Virus record (IMG/VR): IMGVR_UViG_3300033168_000202
Span: 1-58,027 of that record
Origin: a virus
Lineage: Duplodnaviria; Caudoviricetes
Length of the DNA stretch: 58,027 nucleotides
Reading direction: 5' to 3' (one strand)
A model generated the notes under the pieces. That model was not told where the DNA came from, made no database searches, and was given only the letters and a program-made list of their open reading frames with translations. The number at the start of each line of letters is the position of its first letter. The stretch's first letter is position 1. Below, piece by piece: positions 27,511-36,447 of this stretch. Both the position numbers and the translations under genes were made by a program.

Positions 27511-28031
27511 TCTTCAAGCAGTGGGTGTCGGTCATCGACGAACGCACCACCGACAACTGCCTCGACGCTGACGGCCAGGTCCAGCCCGTAGACCGGCCGT
27601 TCGACTGCCTCTACGGTTCCTTCGATGAGCCTCCCGCGCATTCCGGCTGCCGAGCTCAAGTCGTGGAATGGCTCGAGGACATGCCGACCGGGCCGACGGG
27701 CGACAACCCGGGTGCGGCCAACCCGACCTACCCGGATGAGATTCCCCCACCTGCTGTGCCGCTGCCTGACGCCCCGCGAGTGATCCCGCTGCCCCGGTTC
27801 GAGGTCGTCGCGGCGCCGGTCCTCGCGGGCCTGTCACCGGCACGCAGGCTGCTGGTGGCGCAGCGGGTCGACTCGGCGCAGGGCGACTTCGGCGCACTGC
27901 CGGTGTGGCTGCAACGGGCGATCATCGCCGCCGAGCTGGCACTGGCTGAACGGCAGGCGCGGGACGCGCGGCGGCGCCGGTCGTACGCGCTGCCCGTATC
28001 GGCAGGAGCAAGCCGCAGGGGCGAGAACTAG
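27507..28031 (+). CDS. MuF-like minor head protein domain
   Basis: KQWVSVIDERTTDNC..DGQ..PPAHSGCR. Confidence 0.85.
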   Translation: MIFKQWVSVIDERTTDNCLDADGQVQPVDRPFDCLYGSFDEPPAHSGCRAQVVEWLEDMPTGPTGDNPGAANPTYPDEIPPPAVPLPDAPRVIPLPRFEVVAAPVLAGLSPARRLLVAQRVDSAQGDFGALPVWLQRAIIAAELALAERQARDARRRRSYALPVSAGASRRGEN

Positions 28032-28594
28032 TCCGACCCGTAGGCGAAGCGCGTCGAGTTCGGCGCCGGTGCGCTGACGATCGGCACGAGCCGCGCCTCG
28101 GACCGCACGGTCACGACCGCTGCCGCCCCGAGACGGATCTCTGTCTCGGGCCCGCTCAGTTCCCAGCACAATCCGTCCGGGATCGGGACGGAGAAGAACC
28201 GCTCGCGTTCCGCCTGCCCCACGTCGACCAGCTTGTCCATCGCCGCGGCTATCTGATCCGGCCGATCGGGCTGGCCGGCCCCGGTCGCGCCGGCCAGCCC
28301 GGCAGCGGCCCACGGCTGCGGAAGCGTGCCATCACCCACCCGGAGCGTGTCGGGCGGACTGAGCAGCAGCACTGGGCTCACGTGCAGTGCCCGGGCGAGG
28401 GCGCACAAGTCCTCCACCGTGATGCGACGCTCGCCTCTTTCGAGCCGTGACAGTCCCGTGTTCCCGATGGGGGTGCCCTGCTCGGCGAGACGCTCGGCGT
28501 GCTGCTGCTGGTTAAGGCCGCGTTCCTTGCGCCAGTGGCGTACGCGCTCGGCTACGGCGACTGAGGGACTCCCGCCGGCTTCAGTTTGCGCCAC
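28028..28594 (-). CDS. XRE HTH regulator inserted in head module
   Basis: VRHWRKERGLNQQQ..LSRLERGERRITVEDLCALARAL; GACAAT-N6-GTG leaderless start. Confidence 0.85.
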   Translation of the reverse strand: MAQTEAGGSPSVAVAERVRHWRKERGLNQQQHAERLAEQGTPIGNTGLSRLERGERRITVEDLCALARALHVSPVLLLSPPDTLRVGDGTLPQPWAAAGLAGATGAGQPDRPDQIAAAMDKLVDVGQAERERFFSVPIPDGLCWELSGPETEIRLGAAAVVTVRSEARLVPIVSAPAPNSTRFAYGSD

Positions 28595-28618
28595 GGCGCG
28601 ATTGTCCCACGAGCCCAG

Positions 28619-28672
28619 GTAAGACGGCCAGCGGCCACGCACGGCCTGTATCACGCGGCTTCCGGTGATCGT
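28619..28672 (+). promoter_or_regulatory. Late promoter B
   Basis: GTAAGAC at 28619, GATCGT at 28667. Confidence 0.75.
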
Positions 28673-28738
28673 AAACCTCGACGGACCAGCGACCGGACGC
28701 ACCAACACGGGGCGGACGGCAGACCGCGAGGACGACAC

Positions 28739-29542
28739 ATGGCAACCAGCACGGACGACACCTCAACCGGCAGCACCGGGACCAGCACCACCGGGACCGC
28801 GGACAGTGGCGGCAGCCTCCTCGAAGCCGACGCCGACAACCTCGACGACGCCAGCAGCAGCAGCGACGACGCGGACGCCGGCAAAGGTGAGGGGAACGGC
28901 CCGCAGGTCGACGTGGACAAACTCACCGCCGACGTCGAGGCCCGCCTCGACAAGCGCCTCGAGTCCCTGTTCGACCGGCGGATCAACGCCGTCCTGAAGG
29001 AGATTCGCAAGGGCCAGCCCGCCGCCGACAGCGGCAAGACTGACCAGGGCGACACCCCGAAGGGCAGCGCGCCAGCCGTCGACCCGAACCTGCCACGAGC
29101 TGCACGCCTCGCCTACCGCGAGTACGTGGGCGACGAGGTCCGCTTCATCTCCACCGAGGAGCGGGCACACGCCACCGAACTCGCCAACGCCCTCATCGGC
29201 GACATGGCGCGGCGCGGACAGCTCGATGACGAGGACCAGGCCGGACGTCAGGTAGCCCAGCAGGTAGCGAAGCAGATCAAGGGGTTGCGGGCGCACTACG
29301 AGGCCCGTACGACGGCGGCGCTGCGCAAGCGGGGTCTGCTGCGTGAGGACAGCCGTCCAGGCCAGCCAATACCGGGAGGTTCCGGGACTGGTGGGGTCAC
29401 CGCGCAGACGTCGTACGAGCGCGGCGCCCAGCTCGCCCGGGACCGTGCCGCTGCCCGCACCCCGGCCAGGACGGCACCCGCCGCACCGTTCGACCAGGCC
29501 GCCGGGCAGCGAATCCTCAACGCCCAACGCACCAACGCCTAG
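28739..29542 (+). CDS. Capsid scaffolding protein
   Basis: Acidic disordered N-term, coiled coil, position before capsid genes. Confidence 0.75.
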   Translation: MATSTDDTSTGSTGTSTTGTADSGGSLLEADADNLDDASSSSDDADAGKGEGNGPQVDVDKLTADVEARLDKRLESLFDRRINAVLKEIRKGQPAADSGKTDQGDTPKGSAPAVDPNLPRAARLAYREYVGDEVRFISTEERAHATELANALIGDMARRGQLDDEDQAGRQVAQQVAKQIKGLRAHYEARTTAALRKRGLLREDSRPGQPIPGGSGTGGVTAQTSYERGAQLARDRAAARTPARTAPAAPFDQAAGQRILNAQRTNA

Positions 29543-29594
29543 CACCACCCACCTGTAGCGCCCGGAGCGCAGACGAGCCGGAAGGCCACCCACC

Positions 29595-30062
29595 GTGTCT
29601 GTCCTGAACCAGGCCCCGTACGGGCCGCTGCAGCCCTTCGCACCCCAGCCGGGCGGTTCCGGTGGTTTCCAGCCCGGAGTCGTCCGCCAAGGCCCCGCGT
29701 TCCACCTCACCGCCTCGTTCCTCGCGTCGCAGAACATCACCCTCAAGCGGGTCGGTGTGACGATTGACGCGAGCCTCGTCCCCGCCGACCCGGCGAACTA
29801 CAACCGCAAGATCGTCAAGGCCGGCACGCTGCTGACCCGGGTCACCGCGACCGGCAAGGTCGGCGTCTACTCCGCCGCCGCGACAGACGGCCGGCAGACC
29901 ATCACCCCCGACTCCGGCTACCTCATGGAGTCCGTCGACGTGTTCTACGGCGACGTCATCGCCGGGGTCATGCTCGGCGGCTCGGTGCTGTCCGCCCGCG
30001 TCTACCCGACCCCCGACGGCCCGACGACTTCGGCCCTCGCCGGCCGGATCATCTTCCAGTAG
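29595..30062 (+). CDS. Head decoration protein
   Basis: KIVKAGTLLTRVTATGK..Y..AATDGRQT. Confidence 0.75.
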   Translation: MSVLNQAPYGPLQPFAPQPGGSGGFQPGVVRQGPAFHLTASFLASQNITLKRVGVTIDASLVPADPANYNRKIVKAGTLLTRVTATGKVGVYSAAATDGRQTITPDSGYLMESVDVFYGDVIAGVMLGGSVLSARVYPTPDGPTTSALAGRIIFQ

Positions 30063-30078
30063 AAGGGGCGAACTAGAC

Positions 30079-31197
30079 ATGGCGCTCTACGAGCTCGACG
30101 AGTTCCAGGGACCACAGTTCCTCGGCTTCGTCCGCAACCTCCCGACCCCCTACCCGTTCCTCGGCGAGACGTGGCTGCCGAACCAGCCGACGTTCGACCT
30201 GTCCTTCGACTACATCCTCGGCGCCTACAACCGGCCGGTTATGGCGACAGTCATGGGCTGGGACGCCGAGGCACCGATCGCCGGCCGCATCCCGTTCGGC
30301 CCGAAGGTCACCGGCGAGCTGCCTCCGGTCAAGCGGAAGTCGCGCATCTCCGAGAAGGAGATCATCCGGTTCTTGACGCCGCGGGCCGGCATCCCCGACC
30401 TGCAGAACGCGATCAACTCGGTGTACGACCTGTCGGCCCAGCTGGTCGAGTCGGTCCAGGCCCGGGTCGAGTGGCTGCGGATGCAGGCACTGTCGGAGCT
30501 GACGATGGTCGTCAACGAGGGCGGCGCCGTCTTCAACTTCGACTTCGGCAAGACCCCCGGCCTGTTCTACGACCTGGTCGCAGGCGTCGACGGCGCCGGC
30601 GTGCCGATCACGAACGCGACGACGGTCGGCGGCGCTGCCGGTGGCCCGCTCGACGGTTCGGGTGGCGCCGCGAACCCGGCGACGCCGGTCCAGTTCCTGC
30701 AGTCGATCTCCAACCGGATGCAGTTCACCTACGGCTTCCGGCCGGTGGAGCTGGTCGCCTCCCGCAAGGTGCTGTTCATGCTGCTCAACGACCCGTCCAT
30801 CCGCCAGCTCATCCGCGGCAGCAACGCCCCGGCGGCGATCCTCGCCCGCGCCGAACTCGACACCCTGTTCGCCCTCTACGACCTGCCGCAGCTCACCGTC
30901 TACGACGCGTCAGCCAACCAGGAGAACGCCGACGGCAGCCTCAGCCAGATCAGGATGATGGCCGAGAACAAGTGCTTCCTGCTGCCCCCGGCTGAGATCG
31001 AGCTGGGGCAGACGCTGTGGGGACCGACAGCCGAGTCGCGGGTGCTGCTCGGCACCGGCCTGGCGGGGCAGGCACCGGGGGTGTTCGCGTCGACCTATGT
31101 GACGACCGATCCGCCGTCGGAGTGGGTGAAGGCGGCAGCGACCGCGTTCCCGACACTGCCAGGGGCGAACCTGCTCGCCTCCGCGAAGCTTTATTAG
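30079..31197 (+). CDS. Major capsid protein (lambda gpE-like)
   Basis: 372 aa; WDAEAPI, RVEWLRMQAL, DFG motifs. Confidence 0.88.
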   Translation: MALYELDEFQGPQFLGFVRNLPTPYPFLGETWLPNQPTFDLSFDYILGAYNRPVMATVMGWDAEAPIAGRIPFGPKVTGELPPVKRKSRISEKEIIRFLTPRAGIPDLQNAINSVYDLSAQLVESVQARVEWLRMQALSELTMVVNEGGAVFNFDFGKTPGLFYDLVAGVDGAGVPITNATTVGGAAGGPLDGSGGAANPATPVQFLQSISNRMQFTYGFRPVELVASRKVLFMLLNDPSIRQLIRGSNAPAAILARAELDTLFALYDLPQLTVYDASANQENADGSLSQIRMMAENKCFLLPPAEIELGQTLWGPTAESRVLLGTGLAGQAPGVFASTYVTTDPPSEWVKAAATAFPTLPGANLLASAKLY

Positions 31198-31205
31198 CAG
31201 CTCGT

Positions 31206-31238
31206 CTGGCCGGCGGTGGTGATCCTGCCGCCGGCCAG
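31206..31238 (+). terminator. Hairpin after major capsid gene
   Basis: 11-bp stem CTGGCCGGCGG/CCGCCGGCCAG. Confidence 0.6.
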
Positions 31239-31278
31239 GCTGCCAGGTCCACAGACCTCCGGGTGAGAGGCGGCGACG

Positions 31279-31803
31279 ATGCCCCGCGCATGGCTCCGCG
31301 ACGAACCCCGCATCCTCTACCCGTCTACCGGCCGCCCCCCGGTCAACCTGGCCCCGGTCGCGGGTGGGCCGCAGCCCGCCAACCCGGCGCCGGCTGGCTG
31401 GGCCGCCCTCGACGGTGACATCACCCGCGGCGGGTTGCCGTACCGCCCCGACGGTGAGCTGGTCAACCTCATCACCCCCGAGTCGGTCGAGCCGCACACC
31501 GTCCTCACCGTCCTGCACCGCACCCTGACCGGGTACAACGACCTGACCGGCGACCCGACGTTCACGTGGACGCCGACCTTCACCGGCCCCGGCCTGCGTT
31601 CGGACACGTCCCGCGACTGGGACCGCGCCGCCGGGGTCACCGTGCTGACGACAGTCGCCACCTTCGACGACACCGGCGGCACGCAGATCACCGAAGCCGA
31701 CGTGGTAACCGACTCGAGCGGCGCCGAATGGCGGATCACCAAGGTCGACCAGCCCGCCGGCGGCAGACTCGCGCTCACGTTGCAGCGCCCAGAGGGGCAG
31801 TAG
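31279..31803 (+). CDS. Head-tail joining protein (stopper-like)
   Basis: Position; C-terminal beta-rich EADVVTD..WRITKV. Confidence 0.6.
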   Translation: MPRAWLRDEPRILYPSTGRPPVNLAPVAGGPQPANPAPAGWAALDGDITRGGLPYRPDGELVNLITPESVEPHTVLTVLHRTLTGYNDLTGDPTFTWTPTFTGPGLRSDTSRDWDRAAGVTVLTTVATFDDTGGTQITEADVVTDSSGAEWRITKVDQPAGGRLALTLQRPEGQ

Positions 31804-32228
31804 TGCCGATCGTTGCCCGCGGCCTCGACGCGTGGATCACCGGCTTCGAGGACCTGCCGCTGCGTGCCGAGGTCGCCGTCGAAGAAGAGTGGCGCCTCGC
31901 GGCCGGGCTGTTCGTCGAACAAGTCCGGGCACGGGTCCACGTCCTGACCGGGGCGCTCAAAGCCTCCGGCCATGTCCTGCCACCCACGTTCGCCCCCGGC
32001 ATCGTGGAGCAAGCCGTCATGTTCGTAGGCCGCCTTGAAGCCCTGTCGGGCAGCCCGCGGGTATCGCGCAACGGCAAGACATATGTGCCGGGGCAGTACG
32101 GCATCTACGAGCAGGGCCGCGGCGGGGAGCACGCGTTCCTCACCCGCGCCTACGAGGAGGGCGGCCGGGAACTGTTCCTGTCCGCCCTGCATGAGGCGTT
32201 CGGCCGGCTGGCAGCGTCGTGGAGGTAG
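31803..32228 (+). CDS. HK97 gp10-like neck protein
   Basis: HVLTGALKAS, YGIYEQGRG..AFLTRA. Confidence 0.7.
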   Translation: MPIVARGLDAWITGFEDLPLRAEVAVEEEWRLAAGLFVEQVRARVHVLTGALKASGHVLPPTFAPGIVEQAVMFVGRLEALSGSPRVSRNGKTYVPGQYGIYEQGRGGEHAFLTRAYEEGGRELFLSALHEAFGRLAASWR

Positions 32229-32692
32229 CCCCCGCCGCCCGCCGCTACCTGCTGGGCCAGGCTCCGGTGACTGGCTATGTGCAGCAGCGGGTGTACGTCG
32301 AACGGTTGGGTGCCCAGCTGGATGGCACCGGCCAGTCGGCGGTCGTCGTCCGCGCCGCCGGCGGCTGGGCCGCACCGGACGCGGTGGGGACCGCCGAATA
32401 TCCGGTGCTGCAGGTCGAGTGCTATTCGGACGTGACCCGTGACCCGTCGGGCAAGCCGGCCGGCACGTGGGACAACCTGACGCGGGCGTGGGCGATCTAC
32501 CGGACGGTCAACCCGCTGCTGCACGGCCTCGCCTCCCGCGGCGTCACCTGGGGCGGTACGTCGGGGCTGAGGGTCGTGACGTGCGTCCGCCGGTCCGAGC
32601 CGATGCAGGCCGACAGCAGCTCACCCGGCCGGGGCAACCTCGGCGACCTGGGGGTCGTGTCGGTGTCCTACAACCTTGAGGTGCTGCACTGA
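32219..32692 (+). CDS. Tail terminator
   Basis: Position; PVLQVECYS. Confidence 0.65.
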   Translation: MEVAPAARRYLLGQAPVTGYVQQRVYVERLGAQLDGTGQSAVVVRAAGGWAAPDAVGTAEYPVLQVECYSDVTRDPSGKPAGTWDNLTRAWAIYRTVNPLLHGLASRGVTWGGTSGLRVVTCVRRSEPMQADSSSPGRGNLGDLGVVSVSYNLEVLH

Positions 32693-33168
32693 TGCCTCCG
32701 TACCGCCCGCTCGAGCAGCGGTTCTGGGAGAAGGTCAGCAAATCCGACGACGGATGCTGGCTCTGGACCGGTTCGCACTCCGACTTCGGCCACGGAACGA
32801 TCAACGCTGGCCGGTCAGTCAAGATGCTTCGCGCCCACCGGGTCTCCTGGGAACTTCACCACGGCGCTGTCCCTGACGGGCTGTGCGTTCTTCATCGATG
32901 CGACGTGCCTGGCTGCGTGCGCCCGGAGCACCTGTTCCTAGGGACCAAGCGCGATAACACGGCCGACATGTGGGCGAAGGGTAGGCACGTCGCCCCCCCG
33001 CTGAAGCGCGGCGAGGACGGCGCGCGCACCAAGTTGTCGGCGCAGCACGTACTTGAGATTCGTGCGGCCCGAGGATTAGAGAGCAACGCAGCACTGGCGA
33101 GGCGGTACGGAGTAGCCGACTGCACGATTAGTGCAATACATAGGCGGAGACTGTGGGCGCACCTATGA
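32692..33168 (+). CDS. HNH endonuclease
   Basis: RFWEKV, CWLW, LHRCDVPGCVRPEHLFLGT, C-terminal HTH. Confidence 0.93.
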   Translation: MPPYRPLEQRFWEKVSKSDDGCWLWTGSHSDFGHGTINAGRSVKMLRAHRVSWELHHGAVPDGLCVLHRCDVPGCVRPEHLFLGTKRDNTADMWAKGRHVAPPLKRGEDGARTKLSAQHVLEIRAARGLESNAALARRYGVADCTISAIHRRRLWAHL

Positions 33169-34319
33169 GGATCCTGCTCCGCGCCGGCTTCGACTCATAT
33201 TCCGGATTCGGCCGTGACGCGACAGACCTGGCGGTCAACCTGTCCCGCCACGACGACGTGCAGGTCGTCCCGTGGCCGATCGAACTGCTCCCCGGACTGC
33301 CCCGCAACTTCACCGACCTGCTGACCCAGGACCCCCGCGGCGGGACGGCCGGCACCCCGTTCGACGTGGCGGTCTGCTTCTCCGACCCGTGGCGCCTCGA
33401 CCCCACCGTCTGGGCCGACCTGGCACCGAAGGCGGTCGGCTACACCATGTGGGAAGCGGACCGCATCCTCCCGGACGACATGCTGCCCGACCCGTCGACG
33501 CAGGCCCCTGGCGCGCCGTGGACGCCCTCAGCGCCCGACCGGTGGTACTCGTCCACCCCCGACCCGGAAGTGGGCCGCAGGCGGGCCCTGGATCTGCTGG
33601 TCGTGACCTGCCCGATGAACGTCGACGCGTTCGACCACCTCGACCCCCATGTCCCCAAGGCGGTCGTGCCGTGCGGCATCGACCCCAACATCTGGGAGTT
33701 CCGCGACCGGGCGGTCCCGCAGTGCCGCTACCCGGGGCCGGTCCGGTTCGGCGTCATCGGCCAGTTCGTCCCCCGCAAAGCCATCTTCACCCTGCTCGAG
33801 GTGTGGCGCGACCTGAAAGCCAGCCACCCCGGCTTCGACGCGACCCTTGACGTGAAGGACTCGGGTGTCCGGCTGCACCCGCTCGTCGCCGACGCGTACG
33901 GGCCGGGGCTGACGATCCACCACGGCACCTGGGACCATCCCACCCTCGCCGACTTCTACCACCACTGCGACGCCGTCGTGTCGGTGTCGCGCGGTGAAGG
34001 CAACGACAAGCCGCTGATGGAGGGCATGGCGACGGGTTGCGCGGCGATCGGCACTGACTGGTCGGCGCATCAGAACTACCTCACGCCGGACGTGGGCTGG
34101 CCGCTTCCCGGCAGGCTGACCCAAGCCAACCCGGCCAAGCCGACCCTCGACTTCGAGGTCGACCGCGACCAGCTAGCCGCGACGCTGCTGGAGGTCGCCG
34201 CCGACCAGGGCGAGTGTGCCCGCCGTGGTGCGAACGCCGCCGGGGCGATTCAGGACTTCGCGTGGAGGCCGATCACCCGCCGGTTCCTCGACGAGCTCGA
34301 GCAGGTGTGCGACCAGTGA
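33165..34319 (+). CDS. Glycosyltransferase, GT4-like
   Basis: SGFGR, YTMWE, PRK, SRGEGNDKPLMEGMATG (E-x7-E). Confidence 0.9.
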   Translation: MRILLRAGFDSYSGFGRDATDLAVNLSRHDDVQVVPWPIELLPGLPRNFTDLLTQDPRGGTAGTPFDVAVCFSDPWRLDPTVWADLAPKAVGYTMWEADRILPDDMLPDPSTQAPGAPWTPSAPDRWYSSTPDPEVGRRRALDLLVVTCPMNVDAFDHLDPHVPKAVVPCGIDPNIWEFRDRAVPQCRYPGPVRFGVIGQFVPRKAIFTLLEVWRDLKASHPGFDATLDVKDSGVRLHPLVADAYGPGLTIHHGTWDHPTLADFYHHCDAVVSVSRGEGNDKPLMEGMATGCAAIGTDWSAHQNYLTPDVGWPLPGRLTQANPAKPTLDFEVDRDQLAATLLEVAADQGECARRGANAAGAIQDFAWRPITRRFLDELEQVCDQ

Positions 34320-34609
34320 GCCGTCCCAACCCTGCGCAGCGGGAAGCGTGCGACCAGATCGGTCGGCTGCTGCAGGAACTAGCCGGGCAGCTCGGACCCC
34401 GAGAAAGCGACCCCGACGACTACGGCGCTGACCTTGACGTCGAGGAGATGGCCCGCCTCGCAGCGGTGACTAACCCGGCGCTGACCGAATGGGTCGTCCT
34501 CATGCAGTGGGTCGACATGGACTCAGGCGAGGCGTTCCAGACCCGGGTCAACCTGCCCGAGATGCTGACGACCCACATCCAGGGCCTGCTCATGTCGTGG
34601 GTCGACTGA
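34316..34609 (+). CDS. Hypothetical protein
   Basis: Coupled overlaps. Confidence 0.6.
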   Translation: MSRPNPAQREACDQIGRLLQELAGQLGPRESDPDDYGADLDVEEMARLAAVTNPALTEWVVLMQWVDMDSGEAFQTRVNLPEMLTTHIQGLLMSWVD

Positions 34610-34812
34610 TGACCGCCTCGACGGACCTGCGGTGCCCGATCGGCGGGCTGCTCGCGAAAGTCACCGGCCACCGGCCGCTGCACATCACCGACGGCAACCT
34701 GATCGAACTGGCGTGCCGCGATTGCCGGCGCAAGCTCGGCGCCCGGCAGGTACTCCACCGGTTCAATGTGGCGGGCCAGCTTGTCGAGTCCGTCGTCCTC
34801 CACGACGAGTAA
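34609..34812 (+). CDS. Com-like zinc-ribbon protein
   Basis: DLRCPIGGLLAK..IELACRDC. Confidence 0.65.
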   Translation: MTASTDLRCPIGGLLAKVTGHRPLHITDGNLIELACRDCRRKLGARQVLHRFNVAGQLVESVVLHDE

Positions 34813-34862
34813 GACCCCCCGCCCTGCCGCCCCCGGCCGCCGCGGGCCCCGCAGGCGACGCT
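34809..34862 (+). promoter_or_regulatory. Late promoter C
   Basis: GTAAGAC at 34809, GACGCT at 34857. Confidence 0.75.
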
Positions 34863-34937
34863 CGACCGTAGACCGGCCCCGATCGGCACCCCACCCGCAG
34901 AGCCCACCAGGGCTTCACCGGAAAGCAGGGCAGCCGC

Positions 34938-35525
34938 ATGGGCGCCAACACCTACGAAGCCTTTTCGATCACCCACGCCCAGCTCATGGACCGGCAGACC
35001 GCGTTCGACGCCGTCGTATCCAACGCCGCAGCCGACCCCCTCGACATCTACGGCGTCTCCCAAGGCAGCCTCAACCCGGCGATGGGTGAGGCGCAGAACG
35101 AAGGCGACGACGTCGAGCTGTCGTACTGGAGCTGGTTGAACCACTGCGAGGTGCAGGTCGACTCCGGGTACGTCAGCTTCCCGCTGCTCTCGTCCATCAC
35201 CGGCCGGCCGATCTCATCTTCCGGTGCCGCACCTAACCAGTTGTTCGGCATGGACCTGTACCACGAGTCGGGGGTCAACCTCGCACCCTGGCCGATCCTG
35301 ATCCGCATGCCGTCGAAGGACACCTCCGGCCTGGTCCGGACCCTCGACTTCGGGTTGTACCGGGTCACCTGGCAGCCGATCACCGTCACCGGCCCCCAGT
35401 ACAAGCAGGGCGTCAAGTGCAACATGCGCGGCCGGGCGACCTACTCGACGGTCGACGAGCTCGGCAATCCGTTCCCCGACGGCAAGAAGCGGATCGGCCG
35501 CATGATCTCCCGCTCGGCCGTCTAA
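34938..35525 (+). CDS. Major tail (tube) protein
   Basis: 195 aa, directly before chaperones and tape measure. Confidence 0.78.
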   Translation: MGANTYEAFSITHAQLMDRQTAFDAVVSNAAADPLDIYGVSQGSLNPAMGEAQNEGDDVELSYWSWLNHCEVQVDSGYVSFPLLSSITGRPISSSGAAPNQLFGMDLYHESGVNLAPWPILIRMPSKDTSGLVRTLDFGLYRVTWQPITVTGPQYKQGVKCNMRGRATYSTVDELGNPFPDGKKRIGRMISRSAV

Positions 35526-35557
35526 CCCCCACCCGACCTTCTGAGAGGTAGAGCGCC

Positions 35558-36109
35558 ATGAGCGCCGAAGCAACCACCGCCCCCCCGGCAGACACGCCGC
35601 AGGTATCGGCCGATCTCGACACGATCCTCGCCGACCCGTCCCACTTCACCGTCCCCGACGAGACCGGCCAGCCGATCCCGGTCGTCCTGCGCCGACTCAA
35701 AAGCCGCGAGTTCTTCGCTCTCTTGCGGGTCTTCACCGGCCAGTTCGGCGGCTTCCTCCAACGTCAGCAGTGGGCGGGCACACCCGAAGAGGTCGGCGCC
35801 CAGGTCGTCGGGATGCTCATCGCCATGCTCCCCGAAGTCGACGGCGAGTTCCTCGCGTTTATCCGCCTGGTACTCGACCCCGCAGACCAGGCCGACGCCA
35901 CCCGCCTCACTGCCGCGTTGGACAACCCGGAGGTCGAAGTCCTCATCGACCTGGCCGAACACCTCGCCGTCGCCGAAAAGGACGACGTGGTGAGCCTCAC
36001 GGGAAAAGCGACAGCCGCCTTCCGGCGGATGCAGAGCCTCTACCAGACGAAGAAGACCCCGCCGCCGGCCGCTGGGCCGAGCAGCCCTTCGCCAGCACCT
36101 TCGACCTGA
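35558..36109 (+). CDS. Tail assembly chaperone
   Basis: Position; contains slippery site. Confidence 0.82.
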   Translation: MSAEATTAPPADTPQVSADLDTILADPSHFTVPDETGQPIPVVLRRLKSREFFALLRVFTGQFGGFLQRQQWAGTPEEVGAQVVGMLIAMLPEVDGEFLAFIRLVLDPADQADATRLTAALDNPEVEVLIDLAEHLAVAEKDDVVSLTGKATAAFRRMQSLYQTKKTPPPAAGPSSPSPAPST

Positions 36110-36447
36110 TCTCAGCCGCCTACGGATGGACCGATGAGGTGATCCTCAACTTGACGCTCGCCCGCATCAAGCAGGTCCGGGACATCGTCAGCCGCCGGCA
36201 GGCCGAGGAGTTCGACCGGCATCTGCAGGTCGAGGAAGTCAAGCTCCGGCATCTCGTCGGCGCTGTGTATGCCGCGGCGGGTAACGAGCAGGCCGGTGAG
36301 GCGGCCGATGCGGTGCGGCTCCGTGGGGAGCGGTCGTCGGAGTCGCGGGCGAAGCAGGTCGGGAAGCTGGTTGAGGGTGAGAAGGCGCCGGACTGGCTGC
36401 CGTCCGCCGGGCCGTTCGAGCAGGCCGTCGCCGGGTCCGTCCGGTGA
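36001..36447 (+). other. -1 programmed frameshift (G GGA AAA, 36001-36007) and extended chaperone frame
   Basis: -1 frame open to 36447 with YGWTDEVILNLTLARI motif. Confidence 0.85.
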
